DNA of 60,431 nucleotides, filler included, from Dirinaria sp. TL-2023a (lineage: Eukaryota): the NCBI GenBank assembly GCA_051941275.1. It is 3 parts of 3 records of this genome, joined end to end, with 100 filler letters (N's around TTAATTAATTAA, not from the genome) between each part and the next. Parts side by side here need not be neighbours in the genome. Positions count along the whole stretch, not along the records: positions 20,216 to 40,305 come from JAVEBF010000300.1; 2 more parts are not named here. One strand, given 5' to 3'. The first letter of the stretch is position 1; each line of letters opens with the position of its first letter. Shown piece by piece: positions 24,286-36,159 of the stretch. The notes under the pieces are model-generated. The model saw nothing but the letters and a program-made list of their open reading frames with translations. It searched no databases and was not told the origin of the DNA. Made by a program: the position numbers and the translations under genes.

Positions 24286-25752
24286 TCATCCCATGAAAGC
24301 CCACCGAGAGGCCGCCCATAATAGCCGTATCGGCAACGCTAGCGCAGTAAACAATTGGATAATGAATCGTACTGCTCGCGCTATAACTAGTAAAACATTC
24401 AGCAACACCAGCAGGTATACGATAGCCCGGAAAAAGTCTCTCAGAGCCGAGCCATATTCGCCAACCCCTGCATTCGGTGACCTGAGCACCTGAAGCGCAG
24501 GGGACGCGTGGTTCAGCGTGGTGAATACATGAATTACCATCTCCAATAAGCGCTGCCCTACCCATTTAACATGCGGGAGAGCAGGCAATGCGTGTATCTT
24601 TCGGTCTGCCCTGGATAGCAAGGTCGACAGGCCGTCAAGCCGGTGAAGCATGGACTTGGTGCGGGCAAGACCTGATCCTGGTACACCATGCACGACCGTA
24701 CCAGCTTTGATGACGGTTGGTGGACTCTTGTTCTCATTGGCGACCTCGGCTTTCTCATTAAACTTTTGAGTGATCTCAGAGCGTTCTTCGCTTCCGTTTC
24801 CTTCAATTAGCTCACTTCTGCCTTCGCCACTTTCTCCAGCACTGCGAGTAGACTGATACGTTTTTATGGGCGAGCGTGAATCGATACAGTTCGCACAAGT
24901 GCATGTGCGGCAGGAGGGTAATATGGCGCCATCTCCTTTAACTTTAGGATCAAATCTTGTGGTGATCTCATGCTCGTCAACCTCATCGACATTCATCCGA
25001 GGTACGCTAGTATCTCCATGCTGCCTATGCATTCGAGGGCGCTGATGTGCTTCTTTAGCTTTGGGACCAATGCGATCTATAGGTGCTGCACGTGGGCCTT
25101 GAGGTCGTTGCAGATGAGGCGGCAGAAGATGTGCAGGACGACGGTATGTCGATTCCACGTTGGCGAAGTGAGAAGGGTGAAGGAATTGGGTGCGCGGGAG
25201 ATTCTGGCTAAGTCTCATAGATTCAGGAGGCACAGAGCATTTCGTTGAATTATCCCGGTCGCAGAGTTGATCGGATCGTATCTGCTCAGGTGTGGACTTT
25301 GAGGTCAAACCTAAAAATGGATTTGTAAAGGGATCCTCGTTCAATAATTGCGCTCGTGTTGATCCTTTCTGGTGCATCCTCTCCTTGCTCATGCTTGCAA
25401 CGATCTTATCCTTCAGCCCCTGGAAGACCTCAAGACGGGCGCTCGATTTGCTCCCCACTGCTTTCCTTGGAATCTTATACTCTGGAGATGGTTTACTTCT
25501 TACTGGATTCTGCTCGTTGCTTAGTTCGTTTAGCGGCTTAACCAGGTTCAAACAGCTGCCGTCCTGCTTCCCGCGTCTGCTGCTGCAAGCTTGTCGCTCA
25601 CTATAAGCAGTCCCCGGCTTGTTGGCAGCCAAGTAGTCGCCTTTTCCATTCCGCCCGTTCCCAACAGGGCCAGTCACGAAAGGGGTTATTAAGCCTGTCC
25701 TTGGGTTTGCAGCCCTCTGCAACAACTCATCTTCTTGGCTGACAGTCCTCAT
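24286..25752 (-). CDS. uncharacterised 488-aa protein, N-terminal ANPRTG motif, C-terminal hydrophobic helices
   Basis: Long single ORF: EDELLQRAANPRTGLITPF, CRTCTCANC and C-terminal hydrophobic AIVYLLVLLNVLLVIA...LALPIRLLW. Confidence 0.8.
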   Translation of the reverse strand: MRTVSQEDELLQRAANPRTGLITPFVTGPVGNGRNGKGDYLAANKPGTAYSERQACSSRRGKQDGSCLNLVKPLNELSNEQNPVRSKPSPEYKIPRKAVGSKSSARLEVFQGLKDKIVASMSKERMHQKGSTRAQLLNEDPFTNPFLGLTSKSTPEQIRSDQLCDRDNSTKCSVPPESMRLSQNLPRTQFLHPSHFANVESTYRRPAHLLPPHLQRPQGPRAAPIDRIGPKAKEAHQRPRMHRQHGDTSVPRMNVDEVDEHEITTRFDPKVKGDGAILPSCRTCTCANCIDSRSPIKTYQSTRSAGESGEGRSELIEGNGSEERSEITQKFNEKAEVANENKSPPTVIKAGTVVHGVPGSGLARTKSMLHRLDGLSTLLSRADRKIHALPALPHVKWVGQRLLEMVIHVFTTLNHASPALQVLRSPNAGVGEYGSALRDFFRAIVYLLVLLNVLLVIARAVRFIIQLFTALALPIRLLWAASRWAFMG

Positions 25753-26100
25753 TTCCTTCTATGCCACGGCCCTATTGAGGCCGTTGGGTATCTCATGAGC
25801 TAGATGTTTCGACTCAGTCAACAATCTATTAGGTCATTTGGTGCATCTCACATAACGGTTACTTCGTGCTTTGGAGCGTGGCTATTCTTCGGAACTTTTG
25901 TTGTCGGTACGTTGGCCGAGCAACCGAGGTTGAAGAATGTTATTTGTCTCCAGCAAGATCGTCACTTCACCAACGCGACATTTGCTGGAATGGCTATGCA
26001 AGTGTTTGAATGGCTTTTTGATATCGAGTTGTGGCTGCCATGAGCACATGGAGCGATTCAGTGGTGCCACGTGATTGGCCAATTCTAGTGGGGGAGTGAC

Positions 26101-27372
26101 TTATGACGGTCCTGTTTCCGCAAATTCGACGAAATCTCCTTTGATATTCTGTCTCCATAGGTGGACCTTGCCCGAGTCTCCAGTAGAGACTAGTGTGCTC
26201 CCTACACAGTCATTAGCACCTCGAACCAGAAGCGGTCGTAGGTCAAACATTACCATCATGCATCCATCGAACTTTCCATACAGGTCCGCTATTATCAGGC
26301 TGTAATTTTGCTAATGCTTTCCACTCATGCTTGATCCTGGCGGAGCCAGAGCTGTCACGCGCTGCAGCACGTGAGGCTCCAGCTAGACCGGCACCAATAC
26401 CTGACGGAGTATTCTTCGACATCGTAGCCTGAATTCCGGCACGGGCAACTTCTGAGCCAGAGCTTCTTGGCAGACCACCGGACTCAGAGTTCCCTTCATG
26501 CGGCGTAGTAATCTCGAAAAGGTGAACAGAACCATCGTCACATGCCGCGGCAATGTAATCATAAGGGCGTATGCACCCAGGTGCCCAGGCAAGATCATTG
26601 ATCAAAGATGCATCTGTCACTATCTCGAGCATCTCATAGAATCGGTAACCGCTCTCATCGGGTTTGAGAGCACGCATAACCTTGATTATATGTGTCGCCG
26701 ATACCGCCAGAGACAAAGCGTTGGCATCCAGACCTGCAATAACGGCATCATAACAGGGCCGCTCAGCCTGGTGAAGTGACAGTCCATACCTTGGCTCAGC
26801 GCTTCGAGGTTGTTGACCAAATGGGTAGATGGAATCTGTCTCCTTCCACGCAGTCAAAGATCCCGACTCCGTGGGTTCAAGTAGGCTAAGACATGCATCA
26901 TGGGCCATTAGAACAACCCACGCATCCGCCTTCACGGTTTTGATATCAAGCGAAACATAAGGAAGATGATTTGACGGTGACTGAGAGAAGATACATCTAA
27001 AGCGACGCCCGCCGTTGAGTGGCTGAGAAGGATCTTCTCGCCAGAGTTTGAATTTGTTGTCGCCACCTATTGTTCCGAAGGCTTGGCCTAGAGTAGGGCC
27101 GATCCATCGAACCTTATGACATTCCTCTGAGAAGGAGACTATCGAAAATGGCTTGGTGTACTCACGTCCAACACTTCACCGTCATGTCCACGCCATTGGT
27201 CAAGGGAGGTCCAAGCATTATCAGGGCCAGCATCATAGACTCTAATCTTGTGGTCGGCAGAAGCGAGTGCTATACGATTGCCAGAAGGGTTGAAAGCAGC
27301 CGACAAGATTATGTCTGCGGAAGTCCCGTCGATGTTGGTAAAGCCATTTTTTGGAGGGCTGGGAGGTCTCAT
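26101..27372 (-). CDS. SEH1: WD40 nucleoporin SEH1-like, 3 exons
   Basis: AFNPSGNRIALASADHKIRVYD, WRGHDGEVLD|VRW, GGDNKFKLWRED, DLAWAPG, IAAACDDG and VWKVRW...|STLVSTGDSGKVHLW. Introns ~27113-27165 and ~26201-26252. Confidence 0.85.
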
Positions 27373-28426
27373 GCCGCTAAAGATACCATAAGAAAAGAAT
27401 TGGATGTCACCAACAAAGATATCTCCGCTACTGCGAAGTCCCAATATGGGTGATCTACTGCGTCTTTAAATTATCTTGAGGGAGCACCAGGTAATGAATC
27501 AGAGTAAGTACATGATATACGAGCAGGTACCTTCCAGTATGTACAAAGTACTTGCCATTTCTTGCAATATCTCTGCCAAGCCTCTAAACCGTTCCTGGGC
27601 TTTTCCTTTGAGTTTGTTGGAATTTGGAAAGTTGAACCGCCCTAGAAGATTATTGATTGACTCAGTTGACTGCCAAGATTAGGGCGCGGTTGAAAGGCTC
27701 TCGGCTGAACTTGCCTTTAATACACCCGCCAAATTTATGGAGGCAAGAATTTCACAGGATGACTGAGCCCATTCTCATTCAGTTTGGTCCATCTACTCGC
27801 CAAATCCGACAAACCACAAAAACAAGCCAGCCACAGCAAAGCGCGATCAACCAATCTCTGTACCCCGTATGTTGAGGCGACTCGCCACTAAGTTTACTTC
27901 GGGATCTTGGACGGATTGATACTCCCTGCGAAGATTCCATGTGATTGACTATTTGCTCCCTACATGTAGGTGTATCATCGTATTCTTTGGCCGACTCAAA
28001 CCCATATCTAATAACAACAATGTGCTGTGATGGGCATTATTGCCTTGTTGAGACGAAGCGAGCACCACCTCGTAACCACCTTTGAAGAGACAGTTGAGTT
28101 GCCTTATTTCTCTCATCAATAAGGGGACGTTGTAGTAAATCACCGGCCACAACCCCAATTAGCGTCGGTGACCTACACGATGCATGCGATGCGCGCATTT
28201 ATTGATCATGGGGTCTTTCGTGATTTTTTTTCCTGGTACCATAAGCCACAGAGATTTGGTTGAGTATGGTTGAGCTCATTTTTTCCCCCAAACAAATAAT
28301 CTTCTGCTCACGATAAACGCCTCAAACCAAGGTATTAGTCATTCCGCTCATATATATAAATCCCCTTGGCCTGCCATTTTCTAATCTTTTCTCTCATGCT
28401 TTTCCTTTATTTTATATACCGTAGAC

Positions 28427-29252
28427 ATGGCTCCTGTTCATCCAGACGACGTGCTCCTCTTTCATGGGGCCAATCCCCGTACAGGCGCTTTATCGCCATT
28501 CAAACTTGAAGATTACTACCATCATCAGAGAATCCATAAAGCCCATGATTCGAATACTATAGCTCAATACACATACCCACCCCTCGACCAGGAGCTCAGC
28601 GAATGGCTCCCACCAGTCATCGATCTCCCTCATCCTTCCGAATTCACCAGCTTGAAATCCTCGTCACATCATTCCACAAACCCGCTAATGGGGCTCCTCC
28701 ACCGACTTCGGTCAAAGATCGCCTGCCGCCCGAAGAAGAAATCGAGAGGTGAAGGAAGTTGGCTGCGAGACGCTTGCTGATGCCAAGCTGTCGAAAGGGT
28801 CGACGAGCATTTCTAACCACGTTCCCGGCTAACATACAAACTACACAGCCAATCAATCCTGTCAATACAAGCTGTGCTGCTGCGAGCATTCGCTCTCGAT
28901 CAAGGTGGGACTATCTCTCGCACACAGATCAGTGCACATCTGTCGACTGCATACATGAGGACATCATTACTCTATACCTGCCAAATATAGCCTGCGCCAC
29001 TCCGTTAATTAAAGCATCACTGAAGATTGCTGAATCGACAATGGGCTTATATACCATGAACCATAACCCCGACTACGATCGTGACCTAGCTGAGGTTTTC
29101 AGGCAATGACGATGTTGCAACACTTGGGCATCATGCTAAATCATATCCCTATGAATTACGGTAGCGACTTGCCACCAGCCAAGGATATCGTCTTAGCATT
29201 GGGCATACGTACCTTACCTATGTCTGCACTTCCCGGCCAGCCCAACCGCTAG
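28427..29252 (+). CDS. short diverged paralog of the 24286-25752 ANPRTG protein (proposed exons 28427-28748, 28849-28904, 29103-29252)
   Basis: TATATATAAA at 28351. Shares four motifs in order with the 488-aa protein. Acceptors GCTAAC...CAG (28848) and GCTGAG...TTTCAG (29102) keep the frame open to TAG 29250. Confidence 0.55.
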
Positions 29253-29773
29253 CAGGAATGGGTATTTTAAGGCTTTGGCATGCCCAAACAGTCTCTGATC
29301 AGCACCCTGCCAGCGGACGGAATACCTATCCGCGGGTACCGTACTTAAGCCACGTATCGGCAACATTTCTAAGCGGTCGATATTCGTTTGATTGTCTAGA
29401 AAGGAGATCTGGACAATCGATGACGATGAGTAGGGAATCTACCGAAAAGCTAGAAACTGCGCATTCAGCGATCGGCATGAGCTTGAAGAGAAATAGCACC
29501 ATGGAAAGAGGCAACCCTTTACCGATAGGTCGCACTGTCGAACGTACAAGAAACACCATCATGGACAGATTTCAGAGCTCTAAAGGAAAATCGACATAGA
29601 AAAATGGGACGCCATTGAAGGTTATGATTTTCCACGAGCAAGCTACAGCCCGCATACTTCTATTGAAAATTCCTCAATACTAGCGTCACCATGGAAGAAG
29701 CCACCAATGGCTTTCGCAGGCATGTTTGCTCTGGTAGTCATAATCGTCTCTTCGATATTACCATGCCAGCAAT

Positions 29774-30608
29774 CTACAACGCCGTCGCAACCTGCACAAG
29801 CACCGTTGGCCCAAAATCATGCACAAGCAATGTATCCACATGGATCGCATGCCTTAACCCATCAACCTGATGGTTCTCAGCAAAGCGATAGCTCCGCGCC
29901 TCTACACACAATCACATCAGCACCTCGAGCCTCAAAGCCTGATACAAGTTGACAGAAAGGACATACCACAACTCTCAAATCGGCTGCCTGGGGCAAGGAA
30001 CGCAATGAAGCGGTGGTGTGTCACCAAGGTGATACTTCCGTACAACGTCGCAAGCGCCTTCAATTCCCTCCTTACTCTTTCGGCGCGCTCGACAGTATTA
30101 TGCATGGTGCAGTCCCATGGCTCGTCGGAGAACCTTGAGCAATCGAATTGGGGGTACTTGGCCTCGATCTCGAGTCTCGACAGACCGCAGCTGTTGATGT
30201 TGCTACCTTGCGCTTCTTGCACTTGAGGCCAGATTTGGACTTTGATTTTTTGGGATTCCGGCGAGCGCGAAGTGCTTAAGTCTTTGAAGGCGGCTAGAGC
30301 AGTCTGGATTGCGCGCGTGGTAGGTGATAGGATTAAAAGGTCTGGAAGTGCGGGAGGTCTGATGGCGGTTGCTGTGGATAGACCATGTTTTGTTAAGGGC
30401 GGATCCCGGTGCGCGTGGTTCTGTATGACACTGTCGTGTACTTATCAGTTACGGTCGATTCCAAGGGGAGGGGAGAGGGAGAAAGGGTGTGGTGGAGCTA
30501 CTTATGTAGAGCTTGGGCAGGACGGATTATGTGGATTCGGCTGTGTGAGACGGATAGGTCTTCGGAGATCGCGTCTCCGTGCGTTGTAGTAAAGGAGTCA
30601 GATGACAT
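29774..30608 (-). CDS. histidine phosphatase/phosphoglycerate mutase-like protein with His-to-Pro in the RHG motif, 3 exons
   Basis: IHIIRPAQALHN | DPPLTKHG, SPTTRAIQTA, IWPQVQE, ERAERVR, LVTH | EARSYRF...DFGPTVLV*. Introns ~30432-30501 and ~29901-29966. Confidence 0.8.
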
Positions 30609-32064
30609 AGGGGATAGCTTGACATTCTAATGCTGAGTCGGATCAGGAAGTTAAAATCTTCGTAACAGATGGGATACTCGTGGGACATTCAAGGAAGGTG
30701 CAGATCTCTCCTTCATACATGAAGATTAGTTGGCTTGCAGCCGTCCTTACGGTTCAAGTCACATAAGTGTATCACTGCCAGTGCTGACACATCTGCGTGA
30801 ATACGATGTGATATTGGTTTAAGGCACTTATGATTTTACATGGGTTTCCTCAAGACTATAGCTCTTGAACACGAGGCATATGCCTTTCAGATAGCCCAAA
30901 TTTACAATAGTAAAAAAAAAGTATCACAGACGACTCCACATAATGAGAAGAATCGCTGATGGGCCTTATATGAAATGAGTCTTTGAGAAGGTGAGCAAGA
31001 CACCAAAATTTAAGAAAGCGCACAAAGATGATGATTCAATTCATTTGAGGGGAACGAACTAATAGAGAAGGAAGTACGAGTACTCGCTACTTTGTAAGTG
31101 GATCTGTCATCGAGGAATTTACGCAAGAAATTGGAAATCTTCACATAGAGCGAGCCAACAATGTCGCGAGAGATCCTCAAATTCGAGTTGTACTGTACGG
31201 GGCTATGAACAGCTATCGAATATCTGTTCTCGGATAAACACAAGGGAAATCGTCCCATGTTCCTCAGTAGGTGGTGGATGATGAATTCGAATAAGGCCAT
31301 AATTGTGGACCACGCAATTTGACAGCAAGGCGGAGAAATCGCCATTGAAAGTCGAAGTAGTGAGAGGTCAAAGAGCTATGAAGAAAAGGAGAAGCATTGA
31401 CAGGCAAATATATTTCGAAATGCCTGCTGTGCTCCTTTGCAAGGGAGGCATCTTTCCTCGCTCACACAGCTTTGCAATACCCGCGCAAACATTCGATACT
31501 GCTGTGATGCTGTCGGAAAGATAGCGATATTCACACTGTGGTTCATGGAAGTTTCAAATAACACGGAAACCTTCATATCGCCGATGATTCGAGTGAAGTG
31601 TTGAACTATGCGGTAGATGAAGGCGCTCCATGATCAGTAATGGTGTTTCCAAATGATCATGAGCATTATGGATACAACATCGATCGCAGACTTATTGTTA
31701 TGTGCATATATTTATTATTGGCAAGGCAGGTAAGAGTAAGAGTCAGGCACTACGAGTAGAATCTTTATTATCTACCTTACGGTTTCAGGAGGCTGCAGAA
31801 GGAAAACTTAACGGGGGGACGAAGAACACACTTTATCGAACCCCACTTTCGCTTGCAAGAACTCGCGACCGCTATCTATCTCCAGACTCCAGCGCGGCAC
31901 CCTCTCCCCCGTCTCTTCGATATCCGCTCGTTGCTGCGTTCAGTGGCGAAAGCGACAGTTCGAACTCCTTTGCAACGCTACTTTATTATTCTCCGTGAGG
32001 TGCAGGCTCTGTGTTGCAAAAGGGTGTATATAAGTTGCGGAGGATTCGGCCAAAGACAGTCATA

Positions 32065-35000
32065 ATGGCCGCTGCAGTGGGCAATAATAATAGCCCCGGC
32101 CAGCCTATACCCAACACGAATGCTGCGCCCAACTCACAAACCCCGGGACATCCAAGCTTCAGGAGGTACGCATGATTGCTTGACCTGCAGGAGAAGTGGA
32201 ATACTGATGTGTGCGGCGTGAAGACAGCGCGCATCGCGGGCTTGCGAGGTAAGACCTACTCAAACATAAACCTCGGTACCTCGGTCGAATGTTGCTGGTT
32301 GCTGACGGGAAACTCCTATTAGACATGCCACGCTAGAAAGGTCAGTCACTTCGCAAGCTGTACTTTCGCAGTCACATGAGCCGTTCTCTGATTCAATCGC
32401 ATACAGGTACGATGCGACGCCGCGAGCCTCGGAGTACCGTGCACCAACTGCGTCGCCTTCAGTATTGAGTGCAAGATACCTACGCCCAAGAGGAAGAAGA
32501 ACCAAGGTAAATCGAGGGATTCAGATAGGTGAGCGGCGAGCACGGCATGCGTTCCGCAGTGCCAGCAGAGACGCTGACAAAGGTTGGCTGAAATAGTGAT
32601 CATACGGAATCCATCCAAGCACCGTCCCCTACTATCGAACAACCTGGTGGTTATGAGATCCAACGGGCCAACCCGCCGGAGCTCAACAATGGCCCGGGTG
32701 GCATGCCTGCTACGAACCTGTCCGACGCCCAGGCTCTCCAGCAAGCCACAAACAATACCCATTTCGCCCAATTCATGAAGCCTAAGTTCGCCAGAGCGCC
32801 AATTAAGGAGGCAGGAAGAGTGGCATATCTTGGAGAGTCTTCAAACCTGTCGCTACTGGTTCACGACCGCCATGGAACTACGGATGTGGTCCACTACCCC
32901 TTGCCCGATACTGTCAAAGGGTCAAGGTTTAGGATGACGGATTTGGACAACCTGGAGATTGAGATTTTGCACCAACGGGGGGCATTTCTGCTACCGCCTC
33001 GAGCACTATGCGATGAACTCGTGGAGTCATACTTCAAGTGGGTGGCGCCCGTTGTTCCGGTGGTGAACAAGCATCGATTCATGCAGCGGTATCGAGACTC
33101 AAAGAATCCACCCTCCTTGTTGCTCTTGCAAGCCATGCTGCTGGCCGGGTCAAGGGTATGTACGAATCCGCAACTGATGGATGCCAATGGATCTACCACG
33201 CCCGCTGCTATGACCTTCTATAAGCGTGCAAAAGCTCTGTACGACGCAAACTACGAGGATGACCGCGTTACCATTGTTCAGGCATTGGTACTCATGGGCT
33301 GGTATTGGGAAGGCCCTGAAGGTGCTTATGTGGGGCCCGAGTTTGACTGTAGCATGGAGCTGACACAATGCTAGACGTCACAAAAAATGTCTTCTATTGG
33401 ACAAGAGTAGCGACTATTGTAGCGCAAGGCTCCGGGATGCATCGCAGGTATGTTGGATTTTATCCTGGAACTGACTCGGCTTCACTCTTCTTACCCTATG
33501 TTAGTGTCGAAGGTTCACAATTAAGCCGACCTGACAAACGCTTGTGGAAACGCATCTGGTGGACACTGTTCACTAGAGATCGTTCTGTGGCTGTTGCATT
33601 GGGAAGACCTGTTCACATCAACACTGACGACTCCGATGTTGAGATGGTCTCAGAAGACGACTTCATTGAAGATGAAGACGATCAGCCCTCAAAGTATCCT
33701 CCAGATCCGGTCCATGTGCAATTCTTTTTACAGTACGTTCGACTCTGCGAAATCATGGGTTTAGTCTTGTCTCAGCAGTACTCGGTGGCCTCCAAACAGC
33801 GCCGCCAAAACGCGATAGATCTCACACACAGCGACATGGCACTCGCAGATTGGCTACAGAACTGTCCAAAGGAGGTATACTGGGAGAAGCCGGGGCATCA
33901 CTTTTGGTCTGCGCTTTTACACTCGAATTATTAGTAAGCCATCCAGCGTCTTTTGGAATTCTCTGTTAATATTGCATAGCACAACATTGTGTCTGCTACA
34001 TAGGGCACACATGCCTCCAGCCACATATGATAGCAATGGCCACAATGGCTATCCAACTGATGCTGCATATCCATCCCGTAACATTGCCTTTCAAGCTGCC
34101 GGCATGATTACGTCGATTATCGAGAATCTGCAGACGCACGATGAGTTGAAATTTGCTCCAGCTTTCATGTAAGTGCATATTGCAATCGCTCATTGCCACG
34201 CAAGGCTGCTCACTATTGGAATAGTGTTTACAGCTTGTTCTCCGCCTTGATCATGCATGTCTACCAGATGCGTTCGTCAGTACCGCTCGTAGTAGTCAAA
34301 ACGCAAGAACGAATGAACGTATGTATGAATGCGCTCAAAGAAGTATCAAAGGTTTGGCTCGTCGCCAAAATGGTTCATACGTTGTTCGAATCCATTCTTG
34401 GCAACAAGATGCTCGAAGACCGGCTACAGAAAGCAGCTGGCAAAAGGCACAAAAAGCCAAGGTTGGAGCCTCAAGCGGAGAATGTCCCTGACGACAACCC
34501 GCAAAAGCGCAAGTACGATGACATGGAGCTCGGCTTTCCCAATAATGGTCCACCTGCGCCAAATGTCTCCTATGAACGATCTCGACCGCAAACCCCGGCA
34601 GTGACCCCATCGCGGGATCTGGGGCAGTCTGCACCGGTTGCGCCAATGGGAGCGCCTCCGACGTCTCCCCGGCTTCGGCAGCCTAATGACGCTTTTATGG
34701 GTGGTAGTGGTTCTCGTGCTAATACACGTCCACCGACACCGTTTAACCCATCCTACTCTGTGCCCGCCACGCCACCAGACCTCTTTCTCGTCACGCGAGA
34801 CTCCCCGCACCTTTCGCAGAGCCTTTGGGAGAACTTCCAACCCGACCAACTCTTCCCTGGCGGTACGGACATGTCCATGCCGTACCCCAACGCCCAACCG
34901 AATCTCGACCCACAGCTTCAGATGCCCCAAATGCAGCAGTCGAGCATGCTTCAGCCGCCAAGCAACATACCTGGCTCTCAGCAGATGGCTCCGAGAGCTA

Positions 35001-35334
35001 TGCGTGGGTCTCAGGACGGGCAGGCCCCGCCAATACCGGGTATGCAGGACGTCTCTGGCCTGCCGCATATTCAAGGCATGCAGCAGCCAAACACCAACCA
35101 TGGCTGGCCGAACCAATATACCGGAGATGGAAGCCCTGAAGACAGTTGGAGTAACAGCAGCCGCAGTCAGTTGCCCGTGGCGCCAACGACGCTGAACGTG
35201 GAGGATTGGTGAGTCGTGCATGCCCACCCCGTAGTTTTCCTGATCGTTTGATGGCTAATTGGGGGGCAATTTGCAGGTATCAGTTCTTTGGTATCCACGG
35301 TGATATGGGTGGCATGAACCCTGAAGGATTGTAA
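32065..35334 (+). CDS. farA: Zn2Cys6 transcription factor, cutinase transcription factor 1 alpha/FarA, multi-exon
   Basis: PSFRR|QRASRACE|TCHARK|VRCDAASLGVPCTNCVAFSIEC; QFMKPKFARAPIKEAGRVAYLGESSN; fungal TF domain RIWWTLFTRDRSVAVALGRP; C-terminal APTTLNVEDW|YQFFG. Confidence 0.92.
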
Positions 35335-36159
35335 AGACGACTAGAGGTTGGATGGATTTATCGAGCTTGGTGTGAGAACTTGTACCAACATCCAAATTGT
35401 GGGAGTGCGCGGAACACCACTGTGCATGGTCATGGACGAACATTGGCAGCAATGACCGTAGGATTGATGTATGAGTACCACGTGTTTGCAGAAATCCATC
35501 AATTGTCGCTCAACCTGCATTTGGCAATAATAATGGAATCTGGCACTGTCATCAGTGCGGCCGAAACGACCCTTGAGGCGGTACAAGTACCATATTGGGA
35601 AGAAAACCCCTCCGCCTATTTTGCTGACTTTCCTCTGAAAATGGGATAGAAGGGGCATCATCGTTTTTTGGATTGGGCAGTACCAAGACTACTTTCCTTT
35701 TGAGCCAGAACAGCCATTTTTACTACGTGAACACTACCTTACCGAGCGTACATGAAAGGTAAAGTAATCTCACCTACCTAAGTCTTATCTTACCTTAGGA
35801 CAAGGTACTAAACGCGCTAAAACCAATCCGGCTGGGTCCCCGCGAACCTCAAGGGTCCACATGGAGAGCAAAACGGCGGAGGGGCTCAAATAATCTGAAA
35901 CAGCTAGAGACTGGTAAGGTAACGCCTTAAGTTCCGAATCAGGCCAAAGTTGACGACGACCGGTGCCAAGAGCATCCCTGTGAGCCGCTTTACCATACCC
36001 ATACCCATACCATAACATACCTTCACCTTCCGAATACCGCAATTGAAAGAATTCAATACTTGTAGTTATTGTTATGGGCCTCATCAATGTTTATGTCTAA
36101 GTCTATCACGTCCTCATGACAGCCAACCTCAATTACCAACAGCGCGGGCTCCCGTCGCC

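Noticed and set aside
25753..26082. In-frame upstream ORF and TAG codons before the 488-aa ORF, suggesting A-to-I stop recoding
   Set aside because: Three in-frame stops including a TGA, start only 19 bp from the SEH1 stop, and the paralog's Met aligns exactly with Met 25752.
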